Positions 1 through 8,387 are shown, counted from the stretch's first letter. The stretch is 64,000 bases of DNA from an uncultured virus (IMG/VR IMGVR_UViG_3300014160_000002) (IMGVR_UViG_3300014160_000002:1-64000), one strand, 5' to 3'. Numbers and translations are program-made. Notes: generated by a model not told the origin, from the sequence alone.

Positions 1-1
1 A

Positions 2-787
2 CCCGGTTGCTTGTGGTCCCGTATAGCCCGTGAAGCCTGTGTACCCCGTGCTCTCAGGTCCAGTATAGCCGGTATACCCAGTTGGCCCAATCGGTCCTGT
101 ATACCCTGAATATCCGGTAAAATTGCCCGGACCGGTGGGTCCCTGCTGACCGGTGTACCCGGTCATTCCGGTGTAACCCGTGTCCCCGCTATAACCTGTA
201 AACCCTGTGTATCCAGTGAAGTTCCCCGGTCCCGTGGGTCCAATTGAACCAACAGGCCCGGTGTACCCAGTAAAACCCGTGAAGTTTCCGGGGCCAGTGG
301 GGCCGCTGTCCCCCGTATAGCCCGTGAAACCGGTAAAATTGCCCGGTCCAGTAGGTCCGGTCGTTCCTGTATATCCTGTTATGCCGGGTCCAGTAGGTCC
401 GGTCGGCCCAGAATCACCCGTGTAGCCGGTCGGACCCGAATATCCGGTAAAATTGCCCGGACCGGTGTAACCCGTGAAACCGCTGGGGCCGCTGTAGCCG
501 GTATACCCTGTAAAGTTTCCCGGTCCTGTGGCACCGAGCGGGCCGGTGGGTCCGGTCGTGCCGGTCACACTTTGGGCAATAAGACCCCACCACGTGGAGC
601 CGACGAAGGGGGTGTTACCCCGGTTGTTGTTCTGGAGAGAAATCCACGAGGAACCGTTGTAAGTGAGGGCGTTGCCAAACTGATAGGTGATGGTATTATT
701 CCACGGCTTCACATACGTGACGAGGATGCCGTCGATAGTGAAAACGGAGTTGGGGCTGACCGGGTCTATGACTCTGATAGCTGGCAT
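2..787 (-). CDS. Collagen-like (Gly-X-Thr repeat) protein, probably a virion fibre; 3' end runs off the window
   Basis: Not in the ORF track. ATG at 787-785 overlaps the TAA of the upstream ORF. Reads [13 protein letters not shown]...[35 protein letters not shown]... with G-X-T triplets open to the window edge. Confidence 0.85.
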   Translation of the reverse strand, partial: MPAIRVIDPVSPNSVFTIDGILVTYVKPWNNTITYQFGNALTYNGSSWISLQNNNRGNTPFVGSTWWGLIAQSVTGTTGPTGPLGATGPGNFTGYTGYSGPSGFTGYTGPGNFTGYSGPTGYTGDSGPTGPTGPGITGYTGTTGPTGPGNFTGFTGYTGDSGPTGPGNFTGFTGYTGPVGSIGPTGPGNFTGYTGFTGYSGDTGYTGMTGYTGQQGPTGPGNFTGYSGYTGPIGPTGYTGYTGPESTGYTGFTGYTGPQATG

Positions 788-1350
788 TATCTCAGTCGGG
801 GAGGCCAGTGAATCCGCTTGCTCTTCTTTTCAGCAAGCGAGGGGTAGTCGTTCTCCGCCTCCCAGTCCCTTGTAAGATTTGTCGGGTTTTTCACATTCTG
901 GTGCTGCTCGAACGGCTCTGCCGTGTCGTCAATGTTCTTCTGGTTCTCCCGATTGGCAATCGCCTCTGAACCGTTGAAAATCTCTCCCTGCGTCTGCCCC
1001 GAGACATCGTACCCGTATGCCTTCTTGCTGCGCTGGAGGGCCGCTACGACGTTCTGGAGCTTCCAGACGGCGTGTAGCTGGCTATCCGCCGCTGCGCCCC
1101 AATCTCCCGACTTGGCGAAGGCATTAGCGGTCTCCATATCCCAGCGAGCAAAGCGGATATCTCTGGTCAGCCGACTCTTGGGGGGAATCTTTGCCGATAC
1201 GGTATTGATGGCGGAGCCAAGATGCTGACGGGCTTCGAGATAAGCGGCACGGTCGTTTCTTGTGTCACCCGAGAGAAGGGAGTAGAGGGATTCCAGATAA
1301 CCGGGTTCAGTCAGGACAGCCGTCTTCGGACACAACAGCGGGTTGCGCAT
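787..1350 (-). CDS. Hypothetical protein (187 aa)
   Basis: ORF with upstream GAGGG and candidate late promoter; coupled to the next gene (TAATG). Confidence 0.7.
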   Translation of the reverse strand: MRNPLLCPKTAVLTEPGYLESLYSLLSGDTRNDRAAYLEARQHLGSAINTVSAKIPPKSRLTRDIRFARWDMETANAFAKSGDWGAAADSQLHAVWKLQNVVAALQRSKKAYGYDVSGQTQGEIFNGSEAIANRENQKNIDDTAEPFEQHQNVKNPTNLTRDWEAENDYPSLAEKKSKRIHWPPRLR

Positions 1351-1393
1351 AGTTTTCCCTCTAAATAGAATCTGAAAAGACGGAACTTACTGG

Positions 1394-1750
1394 TTAGGCT
1401 TGGGGTGGGGGAGTAGCGGAGGAGGCAACATCTACAAGTGTCTGAAAGATTGGGTCTTTCGACAGTGGCTCGGGAGCCGGGGTGGAGGGCGGTTCAGGAG
1501 GGGGAGCGGGGGGAGCTTTCACGATGGGGTTACCCTCAAGGTCGGTCACCGTGGCGGTGATGTCAATGACCTGTGGGCGTTGAAGCAAGCGGAGGACGAC
1601 CCCATTACGTTGCAGGTCTTGATACTCACGTATCCCGGAGCCGGGCGGAATGGTCTGCACCTCGGCGAGAGAAACGAAAATTTCATACTCTCCCCCGGCG
1701 AGGTGGGTTCCATATTTCTTGATGATAGCAGCGACCGTGGCGGGGTTCAT
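1394..1750 (-). CDS. Hypothetical protein with Pro-rich C-terminus
   Basis: 118 aa ORF; ATGA overlap with the upstream phosphoesterase. Confidence 0.65.
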   Translation of the reverse strand: MNPATVAAIIKKYGTHLAGGEYEIFVSLAEVQTIPPGSGIREYQDLQRNGVVLRLLQRPQVIDITATVTDLEGNPIVKAPPAPPPEPPSTPAPEPLSKDPIFQTLVDVASSATPPPQA

Positions 1751-2493
1751 CTCTCGAACACCACTGGAGGGTAGGGACCCATCTGCTTGCGCTCGTGGGG
1801 GTAGCCATAAGGGTTACAAACCACGGGCGTTTCTACGAACATGGTTCGATTGGGAAGGTGGGTATGTCCGTAGACCCACAGGGCGGGCTGGGCGATGCCA
1901 ATGACGGGGTCCATGTTACAGACGAAAAACCGGTTGAGGGCGTCTCCTTGGAATACAGGAGCGACGGCGGTGTAGGAGGGGACATGGTGCGTGAGGACGA
2001 CGGTGTCTCTCTTGATATGATTTTTTGCGGCTTCCACAAAATAGGAGTTGCTGGCGTATACCCATTTTTTGAACCCCTTGATGACGAGAAAATCAGACAG
2101 ACCGTCTTCGTACATGAGGTTGCGGGAACTGTAGGGAAACCACATCGTACCGCCAAAGAAGTGCTGACCGTCGATGGTCACAGAGGTGTCCCGGAGCCAG
2201 TGGAAGTTGGAAGGCAGAGCGGCTTCAATGAGTGCCTCCACCGTCTCCTTGTCTCCATGGTAGTACTCGTGGTTACCGGTCACATAAAGCACATGCCGGG
2301 CCTTGCTGCCGAGGAATTCAAAGATGTCCCGGATGGTGGTCTTGCTTTTAGGAAAGGGCTTGGAGCAGGGGACTACGATGTCGCCGGGGAGGAGTAGGAA
2401 ATCAAGGTCCGGCTCGAACGTCAGCTTCTCAAGCATTTTGAGAGGGAAGGCGTGGAACTCGGTGTGCAGGTCGGACATCAATTGAAATTTCAT
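1747..2493 (-). CDS. Calcineurin-like metallophosphoesterase
   Basis: Motifs SDLH, PGD, GNHE, THH and GHTH in canonical order. Confidence 0.92.
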   Translation of the reverse strand: MKFQLMSDLHTEFHAFPLKMLEKLTFEPDLDFLLLPGDIVVPCSKPFPKSKTTIRDIFEFLGSKARHVLYVTGNHEYYHGDKETVEALIEAALPSNFHWLRDTSVTIDGQHFFGGTMWFPYSSRNLMYEDGLSDFLVIKGFKKWVYASNSYFVEAAKNHIKRDTVVLTHHVPSYTAVAPVFQGDALNRFFVCNMDPVIGIAQPALWVYGHTHLPNRTMFVETPVVCNPYGYPHERKQMGPYPPVVFER

Positions 2494-2685
2494 CGTCTGC
2501 CTTATAATACTGAAAAACGTAGGTGTTTATTGCTTGCAACCTATACCAGTCTCCCGTGTGGGCGGCTATTTTACGTTCCTCCAAAATGGTGGACCACGGG
2601 GTATCTTCAAGGAGATTAAAGTTTTCTTGCGTCATGAAAGGCAGGAGACAGTCGGGGATTGTATCCACATATTGCATTGGATAGT

Positions 2686-2762
2686 TGGAGCGGGCGATGG
2701 GATTTGAACCCACGACATCCAGCTTGGGAAGCTGGCGTTCTACCGGACTGAACTACACCCGC
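2686..2762 (-). tRNA. tRNA-Gly(CCC)
   Basis: Cloverleaf GCGGGTG...CCAGC-TTCCCAA-GCTGG...GGTTCAAATCC...CTCCA. Confidence 0.95.
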
Positions 2763-2799
2763 ATATATAAGGGTTCGGTAGCCTGTCTATACAAACAGG

Positions 2800-3435
2800 C
2801 TACTGTTTTGCCGCCTTCCGTTGGGCGGAAGTGAACGACGCCTTGAGACCACGCCGGACGGCGCTGGTGTTGGCGCTTACGGCGAGGTACACTTCCTGAG
2901 TGGAAGCGGAGTTGTTGTTGTAGGTCATGGAGGTATCGGCGGAGATGTTGAACCCCTTGGCGGTCAGAACGGCGTCCTGATTGGCTCCCAAGAAGATGAA
3001 GGTCCAGTTGTACTTCTCTGTCTGGTGCTTCACCATGTTCGCCACATTTTCCTTCGTGAATTCCTTGCTGGCGTTCTCATGACCATCCGTGAGGATGACG
3101 ATGATGACTTTCTCCGGGCGCTCCTCTTCCGGCATCTTTTCCAGCCGCTCACCAACCTCGATAATCGTCCACCCCATGGCGTCATGCAGGGGGGTGTTCT
3201 CCCGTGGGGAGAAGGTGTCCTTGGTCAGATTTGGAACGTCCGCCAAAGGTGCGTCGATGACGATTTCGTGGGGGTCAATGGAGTCAAACTGGACCAACAG
3301 GAGATGGGCTTCGCCGGGCTGCTGCTTCTGCCCATTGATGAACTCGTTGAAGCCGTCGATGGTCGCATCCTTGACGATGCTCATGGAACCGGAACGGTCT
3401 AAAACTACGGCGATAAATGCGGAATCGGATTTCAT
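2800..3435 (-). CDS. von Willebrand factor A domain protein
   Basis: MIDAS motif VLDRSGSM, TPLHDA, ILTDGHENAS, FLGAN. Confidence 0.92.
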   Translation of the reverse strand: MKSDSAFIAVVLDRSGSMSIVKDATIDGFNEFINGQKQQPGEAHLLLVQFDSIDPHEIVIDAPLADVPNLTKDTFSPRENTPLHDAMGWTIIEVGERLEKMPEEERPEKVIIVILTDGHENASKEFTKENVANMVKHQTEKYNWTFIFLGANQDAVLTAKGFNISADTSMTYNNNSASTQEVYLAVSANTSAVRRGLKASFTSAQRKAAKQ

Positions 3436-3454
3436 ATGCCTCCTTGAATTTGGA

Positions 3455-3645
3455 CGGGGACCAACAAGTCAGCGTCGTGGGTCCTAATCAATAATCGCAA
3501 CAACAGCGACCACAAACGACCAATCACAACTACCAACTAAAGTAAGGTTCGACCCGATAGGGTAGCCTTGTTCACCATCCTACAATCTTTATCGTCGGCG
3601 GAATTGGAAGTGAGCCGACTATCCGCACTCTTCTTGCGGCCCCCG
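3455..3645 (-). ncRNA. Candidate structured ncRNA (~190 nt) with a GU-rich quasi-repeat tract
   Basis: Intergenic; 5' GGGGGCCGCAAG pairs with 3' CTTGTTGGTCCCC; internal GTCGGC/GCCGAC stem. Confidence 0.5.
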
Positions 3646-3649
3646 GTAA

Positions 3650-3835
3650 CTAATACTGCTGGAGAACCTCATAGAGCTTGTTGCAGAGGTTCTCCAGCTT
3701 GCCTCGATTGGAATGAGAAGGGGCGGGAACCTGTGGTCGGGTTGCGTCCAAGATAAACTGCAAGCACGAATGGCAACCCGCTGCCTCTTCCCTATCGAGA
3801 GTGATGGTAACCGACTTCCTGAGTTTGACGGTCAA
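3650..3835 (-). CDS. Small hypothetical protein (CxxC)
   Basis: GGAGG Shine-Dalgarno before a TTG start; 61 aa. Confidence 0.55.
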   Translation of the reverse strand: MTVKLRKSVTITLDREEAAGCHSCLQFILDATRPQVPAPSHSNRGKLENLCNKLYEVLQQY

Positions 3836-3846
3836 CGTAGCCTCCG

Positions 3847-4188
3847 TTAACGTCGCTTTTTCGGAACACTGCTGACGCCCACGGCGGGGGTAAGCTCGCC
3901 GAGGACATCCTCATCCATCTCGTAACCAATGACCGGAGTCTCTGCGTTGGTCGCCTTGATGGCGGCGTCCAGCTTGCGCAGTTCACGGGACAGGTGGGAA
4001 ATCAGGCTGTCCAGAGCCACGACATCGTAAAGCGGATTGACTGTCTCTGGGGTGTCACCCTTGAGGCCACGATAACTGGTCCGGCTGGCAGAATTCTCGT
4101 TGCGCAGACTGATGAGTTCCTGATGCCGCTCTTGCAGGGTCTTCTTCCAAGTCAATGCCTCATTGATGGTGATTTGCTTTGTTGCCAT
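3847..4188 (-). CDS. DIP1984-like helical/coiled-coil protein
   Basis: AAAGGAG SD before ATG at 4188; ITINEALTWKKTL...LRKLDAAIKATNAET resembles the DIP1984 family pattern (recognised by eye). Confidence 0.6.
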   Translation of the reverse strand: MATKQITINEALTWKKTLQERHQELISLRNENSASRTSYRGLKGDTPETVNPLYDVVALDSLISHLSRELRKLDAAIKATNAETPVIGYEMDEDVLGELTPAVGVSSVPKKRR

Positions 4189-4204
4189 TGGTTCTCCTTT
4201 TGAG

Positions 4205-4359
4205 TTGGTGCGTGACTCACGTTCTAACGCCACGGCGTAGTGAGCGCAAACAGAGGGAGTTGCCGCCCGCTCCAGTGGCTCGGTAAAAGAGTTACTAGCT
4301 CGGCTCCCATTGCTGAGTAAATCCGTGGTCAAGCAGCGCTGATTCGCATCACGCACCAA
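4205..4359 (-). ncRNA. Candidate rod-shaped ncRNA (~155 nt, possibly 6S-like)
   Basis: Perfect 11-bp terminal stem TTGGTGCGTGA/TCACGCACCAA; inner CCACGG/CCGTGG and GGGAG/CTCCC pairs; TATTAT box at 4363-4368 immediately upstream. Confidence 0.5.
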
Positions 4360-4376
4360 GCTATAATACTGAAAAT

Positions 4377-4681
4377 TTTGTGGACCTATAAGCGGAGTTC
4401 TGTGCCTCTTGCGAGGTGACAACCATTCGTCTAGGGCGGCCATTACTGGACGCCTCAAGCTCTCAACCCGAGGGTTATAGCGAACCGAGCAGGTTCATCC
4501 CCTCCTATTCGAGATTGCTCCCCGTGAAGATTGCCCGTTTCACCCGGACTTAACCGGCTCGTCTCTGTTGCTCTAATTGTCGCAGTATTGCTACTGCGCC
4601 GGGGCGTTACCCCGCACGGTGCTCTGTGTAGCTCCGACTTTCCTCTCCCCCTTGCGGGGCAGTAGTTGTCCAGTCCACAAA
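4377..4681 (-). ncRNA. rnpB: RNase P RNA (bacterial type)
   Basis: GAGGAAAGTCGGAGC near the 5' end, ACAGAACTCCGCTTA near the 3' end (P4 with compensatory changes), GGGTGAAACGGGCAATC, GGAGCAA, and P1 TTTGTGGAC/GTCCACAAA. Confidence 0.93.
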
Positions 4682-4778
4682 CTTTTTCCAAACTTAGGGT
4701 TATTGGGAGCGAAGATTCCCTTGGAGCCATCCGGGTCAAGGGCCTTCAAGGTCAGATAATAACTCATGCTCCCAATGC

Positions 4779-4925
4779 TCACGCCGTCACCTTACACCCA
4801 CAAGGTTCATAATCCTGTTGCCAGCCGGGCGGTATACTCTTCATCCACCCCTTGACCTTGACCCTTACGGTACATGGCTTTTTGTGCTTACGGTGTTTGC
4901 ATTTAGAACATTTGGCGGAGGCCAT
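4779..4925 (-). CDS. Small Cys/His-rich protein (48 aa)
   Basis: MASAKCSKCKHRKHKKPC...EPCGCKVTA; below the ORF-track cut-off; starts 2 nt after the upstream stop. Confidence 0.5.
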   Translation of the reverse strand: MASAKCSKCKHRKHKKPCTVRVKVKGWMKSIPPGWQQDYEPCGCKVTA

Positions 4926-4927
4926 AC

Positions 4928-5140
4928 TTACCCACCCAACGGTTCAGCCCCTAAAGACATTGCAAGGGCTGTAATTTTATTAACCGTCAACGTCGCCAAG
5001 TCCAAAGTTTTACCCATCATCTCAATTTGGGCTTGAGTCCACGTGGATGCATCAACGGCGTCGTTATTCCAAGAGATTTGGAGTTTACCCCTTGCTGAAA
5101 CTAATTGCTTACGAACCTCTAAGATTCCTTCTAACGTCAT
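4928..5140 (-). CDS. Hypothetical protein
   Basis: ORF downstream of a TGGTATTAT promoter-like box (about 5175-5183). Confidence 0.55.
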   Translation of the reverse strand: MTLEGILEVRKQLVSARGKLQISWNNDAVDASTWTQAQIEMMGKTLDLATLTVNKITALAMSLGAEPLGG

Positions 5141-5202
5141 TTGAAACCCCCAAGACAAAAGTACCCACACTATATAATACCACCGAGAGTCAAAAATGAT
5201 GG

Positions 5203-5871
5203 TTATTTAATTTCTCTTGCTTTTTCATAGACCGCTCGAATGCTCGCAAAGCGTTCTCTGGTAGACAGGGTATGCGGGTGGTAGGTGATGATATCGTTTT
5301 CCGGGAGGGGCATCCTCCCCTCCGTCATACTATAACGGTCGTCATGCTCCGTGGGGCAGACGCTATTGAACGATAATGTTGCCCATACCCACCAGTCCTC
5401 GACATTGTAACAACGGGTGTCCCTTGAACAAGGCGCTGAGGCGAGGAACTCCAACGCCCTCCTGCTAAGCCAGTACCCGGAGCCTCCATAGGGCTGGTTG
5501 TTTCCCCCCACTCCCCGTTGTCCTATATGGTCATGCCCCTCGAATCCCGAGCGGAGCAGACGGGGAACGCAGGCATAGGTGTCAACATCACATTTGAAAG
5601 CGTGGTCATAGCCGTGGGCTACCACCCACTGGTATGCAGCTTGGACCTTGGACGAGAGGTCCGCATACGTGTCGGAAACATCTAATGAGACCTCATCGTC
5701 ATCTGCATTCTCTAGTCTAGGATTACCTAGAAAAAAGCGATAATCAACTGGGCACCCCATCAACCATGTTTCCCTGAGTTGCTGCTGCCAATGACGATGG
5801 GCATGGCAACTCATGATGGATATCAGCGGTTGCAACTGCTCACCCCCACCCTTAAGTGGTTTCCATACCAA
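5203..5871 (-). CDS. Glycosyltransferase, GT-A fold (galactosyltransferase/Fringe GT31-like)
   Basis: LRETW, FFLG, DTYADLSSKV, FKCDVDTY (DxD), GGSGYWLSRRAL, EDWWV. Confidence 0.85.
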   Translation of the reverse strand: MVWKPLKGGGEQLQPLISIMSCHAHRHWQQQLRETWLMGCPVDYRFFLGNPRLENADDDEVSLDVSDTYADLSSKVQAAYQWVVAHGYDHAFKCDVDTYACVPRLLRSGFEGHDHIGQRGVGGNNQPYGGSGYWLSRRALEFLASAPCSRDTRCYNVEDWWVWATLSFNSVCPTEHDDRYSMTEGRMPLPENDIITYHPHTLSTRERFASIRAVYEKAREIK

Positions 5872-5874
5872 ACC

Positions 5875-6297
5875 CTATGCGCTTCCTACGGCAAACACAT
5901 TCAAGTAGGCACGATAAATCTCGTAAGCGGCACTGTTACCACTCGTACATCTTACACGAAGGTCATAAACGTCTCCTTCGTTCATGATGTCAAGACCCCC
6001 TACGGAAATGGGGAACCCTGTGGGGTCAGAGTTCTCAGCAATCAGATAATTCATCAAACTGCCATTTTTGAATACGGCCAATTGAAAATCCCCACTTCCA
6101 GTAACCGCCGTTACAAAAACAGCAATCATTACGGGAACCGCAAAAGACACGGTTGAAGTAAGGGAACCCGTCGTGGTGTTCCCAGTCATTCCTGAGTTTT
6201 GAACGACGGTCCACGAAGCCTGCTCAAACTGATACCACGTATCTTCCGTGTCCAAGGAAAGAGTCTGATACCCTGTAGCTGTCTCACCGTATGTCAT
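5875..6297 (-). CDS. Hypothetical beta-rich protein, possibly virion-associated
   Basis: AAGGGGG SD; Thr/Ser/Gly-rich; candidate late promoter upstream. Confidence 0.6.
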   Translation of the reverse strand: MTYGETATGYQTLSLDTEDTWYQFEQASWTVVQNSGMTGNTTTGSLTSTVSFAVPVMIAVFVTAVTGSGDFQLAVFKNGSLMNYLIAENSDPTGFPISVGGLDIMNEGDVYDLRVRCTSGNSAAYEIYRAYLNVFAVGSA

Positions 6298-6387
6298 AAA
6301 ATTCCCCCTTAAAATAAATTCTTCTTCCTATAACCACTTTGAAAGTCTAAACTTTCAATCTCTTTGGACAGGAGGCATATCAGACCT

Positions 6388-6837
6388 ATGTCCAAAAGAT
6401 TAACCTACGCTTATACGGCAGGACTCATTGACGGCGAGGGGACCATATCTCTCGTTTACAAGTACAAAAGCAATCCCTACCGCTGGCCGACCATAACCGT
6501 GCCAAGCTGCACAAAGGAACTCACCGACTTCCTGAAAAATCAATTTGGCGGGTGTATCTCCAACAAGAGGCCGGACAAGGTGGGACATACACCCTCAAAG
6601 ACATGGCGACTCGCCGGGGACAAATCCTTAGCACTTCTTAATCTACTCCTTCCTTACCTTAAGGAACCCGATAAGATAAGGCGGGCAAAGTTGCTGATTG
6701 ATAAATACAAGAGGTTGACGCCAAGGAATGGAAGGTACACTACGGAACAACGTATCAAAAAGTTGGAATTCGAGCATCAGTTCTTGGAGGGAGGAAAGAC
6801 GAGCCGACAGACCACCCGTATACGCTGGGCAAGTTAG
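6388..6837 (+). CDS. Free-standing LAGLIDADG homing endonuclease
   Basis: AYTAGLIDGEGTI motif, FGG, LLPYLK; on the opposite strand to its neighbours. Confidence 0.9.
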   Translation: MSKRLTYAYTAGLIDGEGTISLVYKYKSNPYRWPTITVPSCTKELTDFLKNQFGGCISNKRPDKVGHTPSKTWRLAGDKSLALLNLLLPYLKEPDKIRRAKLLIDKYKRLTPRNGRYTTEQRIKKLEFEHQFLEGGKTSRQTTRIRWAS

Positions 6838-6838
6838 T

Positions 6839-7192
6839 TGGTGGAGGCGACGGGGAGTTGAACCCCGTGTCCGAAAAGTGTCACAACAAGAAGACTACAC
6901 GCTTATCCTGCTTCGTACTGCTCTTTGCCATGACTCTGCTGAAACAGGCATATCAGAACCACGGTGCAAGCCTTCATCTCGCCGGATATCGGCTACATCC
7001 CCGGTCGCAGCCTCTCTATCGGCGCTTGGCCTCTACCCGACAGGCTAAAGCAGAGCAAGCGTGCCTAATCTAGCGATTAAGCAAATGCATATTGCGCTGT
7101 GGCAATTGCGTTGTTAACCCTTGTTACGGGCAGGGTAACCTCCCGGCGTGCCTTCCTGTAATGAGCGCTCCCGTCGAAACCAGAACGCCCCC
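6839..7192 (-). ncRNA. ssrA: tmRNA
   Basis: 5' GGGGGCGTTCTGGTTTCGACGG; 3' GGACACGGGGTTCAACTCCCCGTCGCCTCCACCA; G3:U alanine identity pair; internal tag ORF ATAQYAFA* at 7103-7077. Confidence 0.95.
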
Positions 7193-7237
7193 ACACTTAC
7201 ATAATACCACCAACTACGAGCTTTCGTTGGTTTTTAC

Positions 7238-7332
7238 TTGGTCCCGGTGTTGGGAGTCAAACCCAATCCATGCCCTAATCTGGGGCTTATGCAGTTTATA
7301 AGACTGCTCGTTCGGTCGCAAACTTCACCGGG
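7238..7332 (-). tRNA. Non-canonical tRNA with UAU anticodon (nominally Ile) and long variable arm
   Basis: Acceptor CCCGGTG/CACCGGG-ACCA, anticodon arm GCAGT-CTTATAA-ACTGC, T arm TTGGG-TTTGACT-CCCAA. Confidence 0.8.
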
Positions 7333-7336
7333 GAAT

Positions 7337-7413
7337 TGGCACCGTGGACGGGACTTGAACCCGCTAATGACCGGCTTGAAGGGCCGGTGACTCGGCGCTT
7401 TGTCTTCCACGGT
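7337..7413 (-). tRNA. tRNA-Glu(TTC), atypical (C33)
   Basis: CCGGC-CCTTCAA-GCCGG; acceptor ACCGTGG/CCACGGT-GCCA. Confidence 0.75.
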
Positions 7414-7417
7414 ATCT

Positions 7418-7492
7418 TGGTAGCCCTGCCGGGACTCTAACCCGGTTCCGCTGGTTGAAAGCCAGCCATCCTAAACCATAGACGACAAGGCC
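7418..7492 (-). tRNA. tRNA-Glu(TTC)
   Basis: GCTGG-CTTTCAA-CCAGC; CCA end. Confidence 0.9.
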
Positions 7493-7644
7493 AGAAATTT
7501 GAGGCTGCGAAATATCCACGTTTGGGAGTACAAGGACCGGTAGCAGCCTCGGTTTATCGGTACCCACTACGTGGCTCAGTTTAGACCGCCGTCCTGATAC
7601 GACCACGATTGAAACCTGCGGTCAAGGTGTATCGTGGCCTCGCT

Positions 7645-7719
7645 TGGAGCACCCGGAGAGAATCGAACTCCCGCATAAAGGGTTTGCAGCCCTCTCCCTT
7701 CCCACTTGGGTACGAGTGC
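7645..7719 (-). tRNA. tRNA-Cys(GCA)
   Basis: GAGGG-CTGCAAA-CCCTT; U73; CCA end. Confidence 0.92.
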
Positions 7720-7802
7720 AAATTTGGCTCGCCTACCACTCTCTCAGTGGCTTTGAACCGTGCGGGCAGCTTTCACCGCCGCAGGCTATCTGGCTCGCAA
7801 TG

Positions 7803-7877
7803 TGGAGCACCTGAACGGAATCGAACCGTTGCATAGCTGTTTTGCAGACAGCCGCCTTTCCACTTGGCGACAGGTGC
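7803..7877 (-). tRNA. tRNA-Cys(GCA)
   Basis: GCTGT-CTGCAAA-ACAGC; U73; CCA end. Confidence 0.93.
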
Positions 7878-7878
7878 G

Positions 7879-8112
7879 TTATTCTTCTTCCTCAGCCGAC
7901 TCCTTACTTAGGTCCACCGGCTGGCGAATCTTGGCAATCTTTCTTTCGGTGGATACGGAGAGTCTCACGTACTCCACTCGTGCCCAATGGACGGTGTGAA
8001 CCGCCATCCACCCGACCACCACCCATTTAGAAAAGATGGTGAAAATCCTGTCGGGGTTGATGCTTATAAACCAAAGCACCACGCACATAAACCAATGCCA
8101 CAAAGAAATCAT
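7879..8112 (-). CDS. Small membrane protein inside the tRNA array
   Basis: GGGAGG SD; two hydrophobic segments; acidic tail. Confidence 0.6.
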   Translation of the reverse strand: MISLWHWFMCVVLWFISINPDRIFTIFSKWVVVGWMAVHTVHWARVEYVRLSVSTERKIAKIRQPVDLSKESAEEEE

Positions 8113-8163
8113 CTAGCCTCCCGTCATGCAGTGTGTTCCCCCAAAGCATGGCGGGGGTGAAAC

Positions 8164-8240
8164 TGGTAGCCCCGGTGGGATTCAAACCCACGGTCTCCGC
8201 CTTGAGAGGGCGGCGTCCTTGGTCGCTAGACGACGAGGCC
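8164..8240 (-). tRNA. tRNA-Glu(CTC)
   Basis: CCGCC-CTCTCAA-GGCGG; CCA end. Confidence 0.92.
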
Positions 8241-8311
8241 ATGTCTTAGCAGGGCACGACTGGCTACGATGAGTTTATGTCAGCGGGAAGCCTGATTCTG
8301 TGCCCTAAGTT

Positions 8312-8387
8312 TGGTGGACGGGAAGGGAGTTGAACCCTCAGTCTCTCGGGTGCGAGCCGAGCGCTTTCCCAGTTAAGCTACCTGCCC
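8312..8387 (-). tRNA. tRNA-Ala(CGC)
   Basis: CTCGG-CTCGCAC-CCGAG; G3:U70. Confidence 0.92.

Noticed and set aside
2429..2713. 94-aa ORF overlapping tRNA-Gly
   Set aside because: Its start lies inside the tRNA. A shorter version may be real but has no supporting motif and overlaps the next gene and its promoter.
4189..4782. ORF-track calls 3847..4458 (N-terminal extension), 4455..4739 and 4591..4782
   Set aside because: They overlap RNase P RNA and the rod-like RNA; a good SD supports the ATG at 4188.
7337..7413. Opal suppressor or tRNA-Sec reading (CT-TCA-A) of the CCTTCAA loop
   Set aside because: The 5-bp stem gives a 7-nt loop centred on TTC, there is no Sec-type long arm, and TGA ends many genes normally here.
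7500..7643. HDV-like theta ribozyme after tRNA-Cys
   Set aside because: P2, P3 and P1.1 could not be fitted to the HDV topology; kept only as an unassigned structured RNA.
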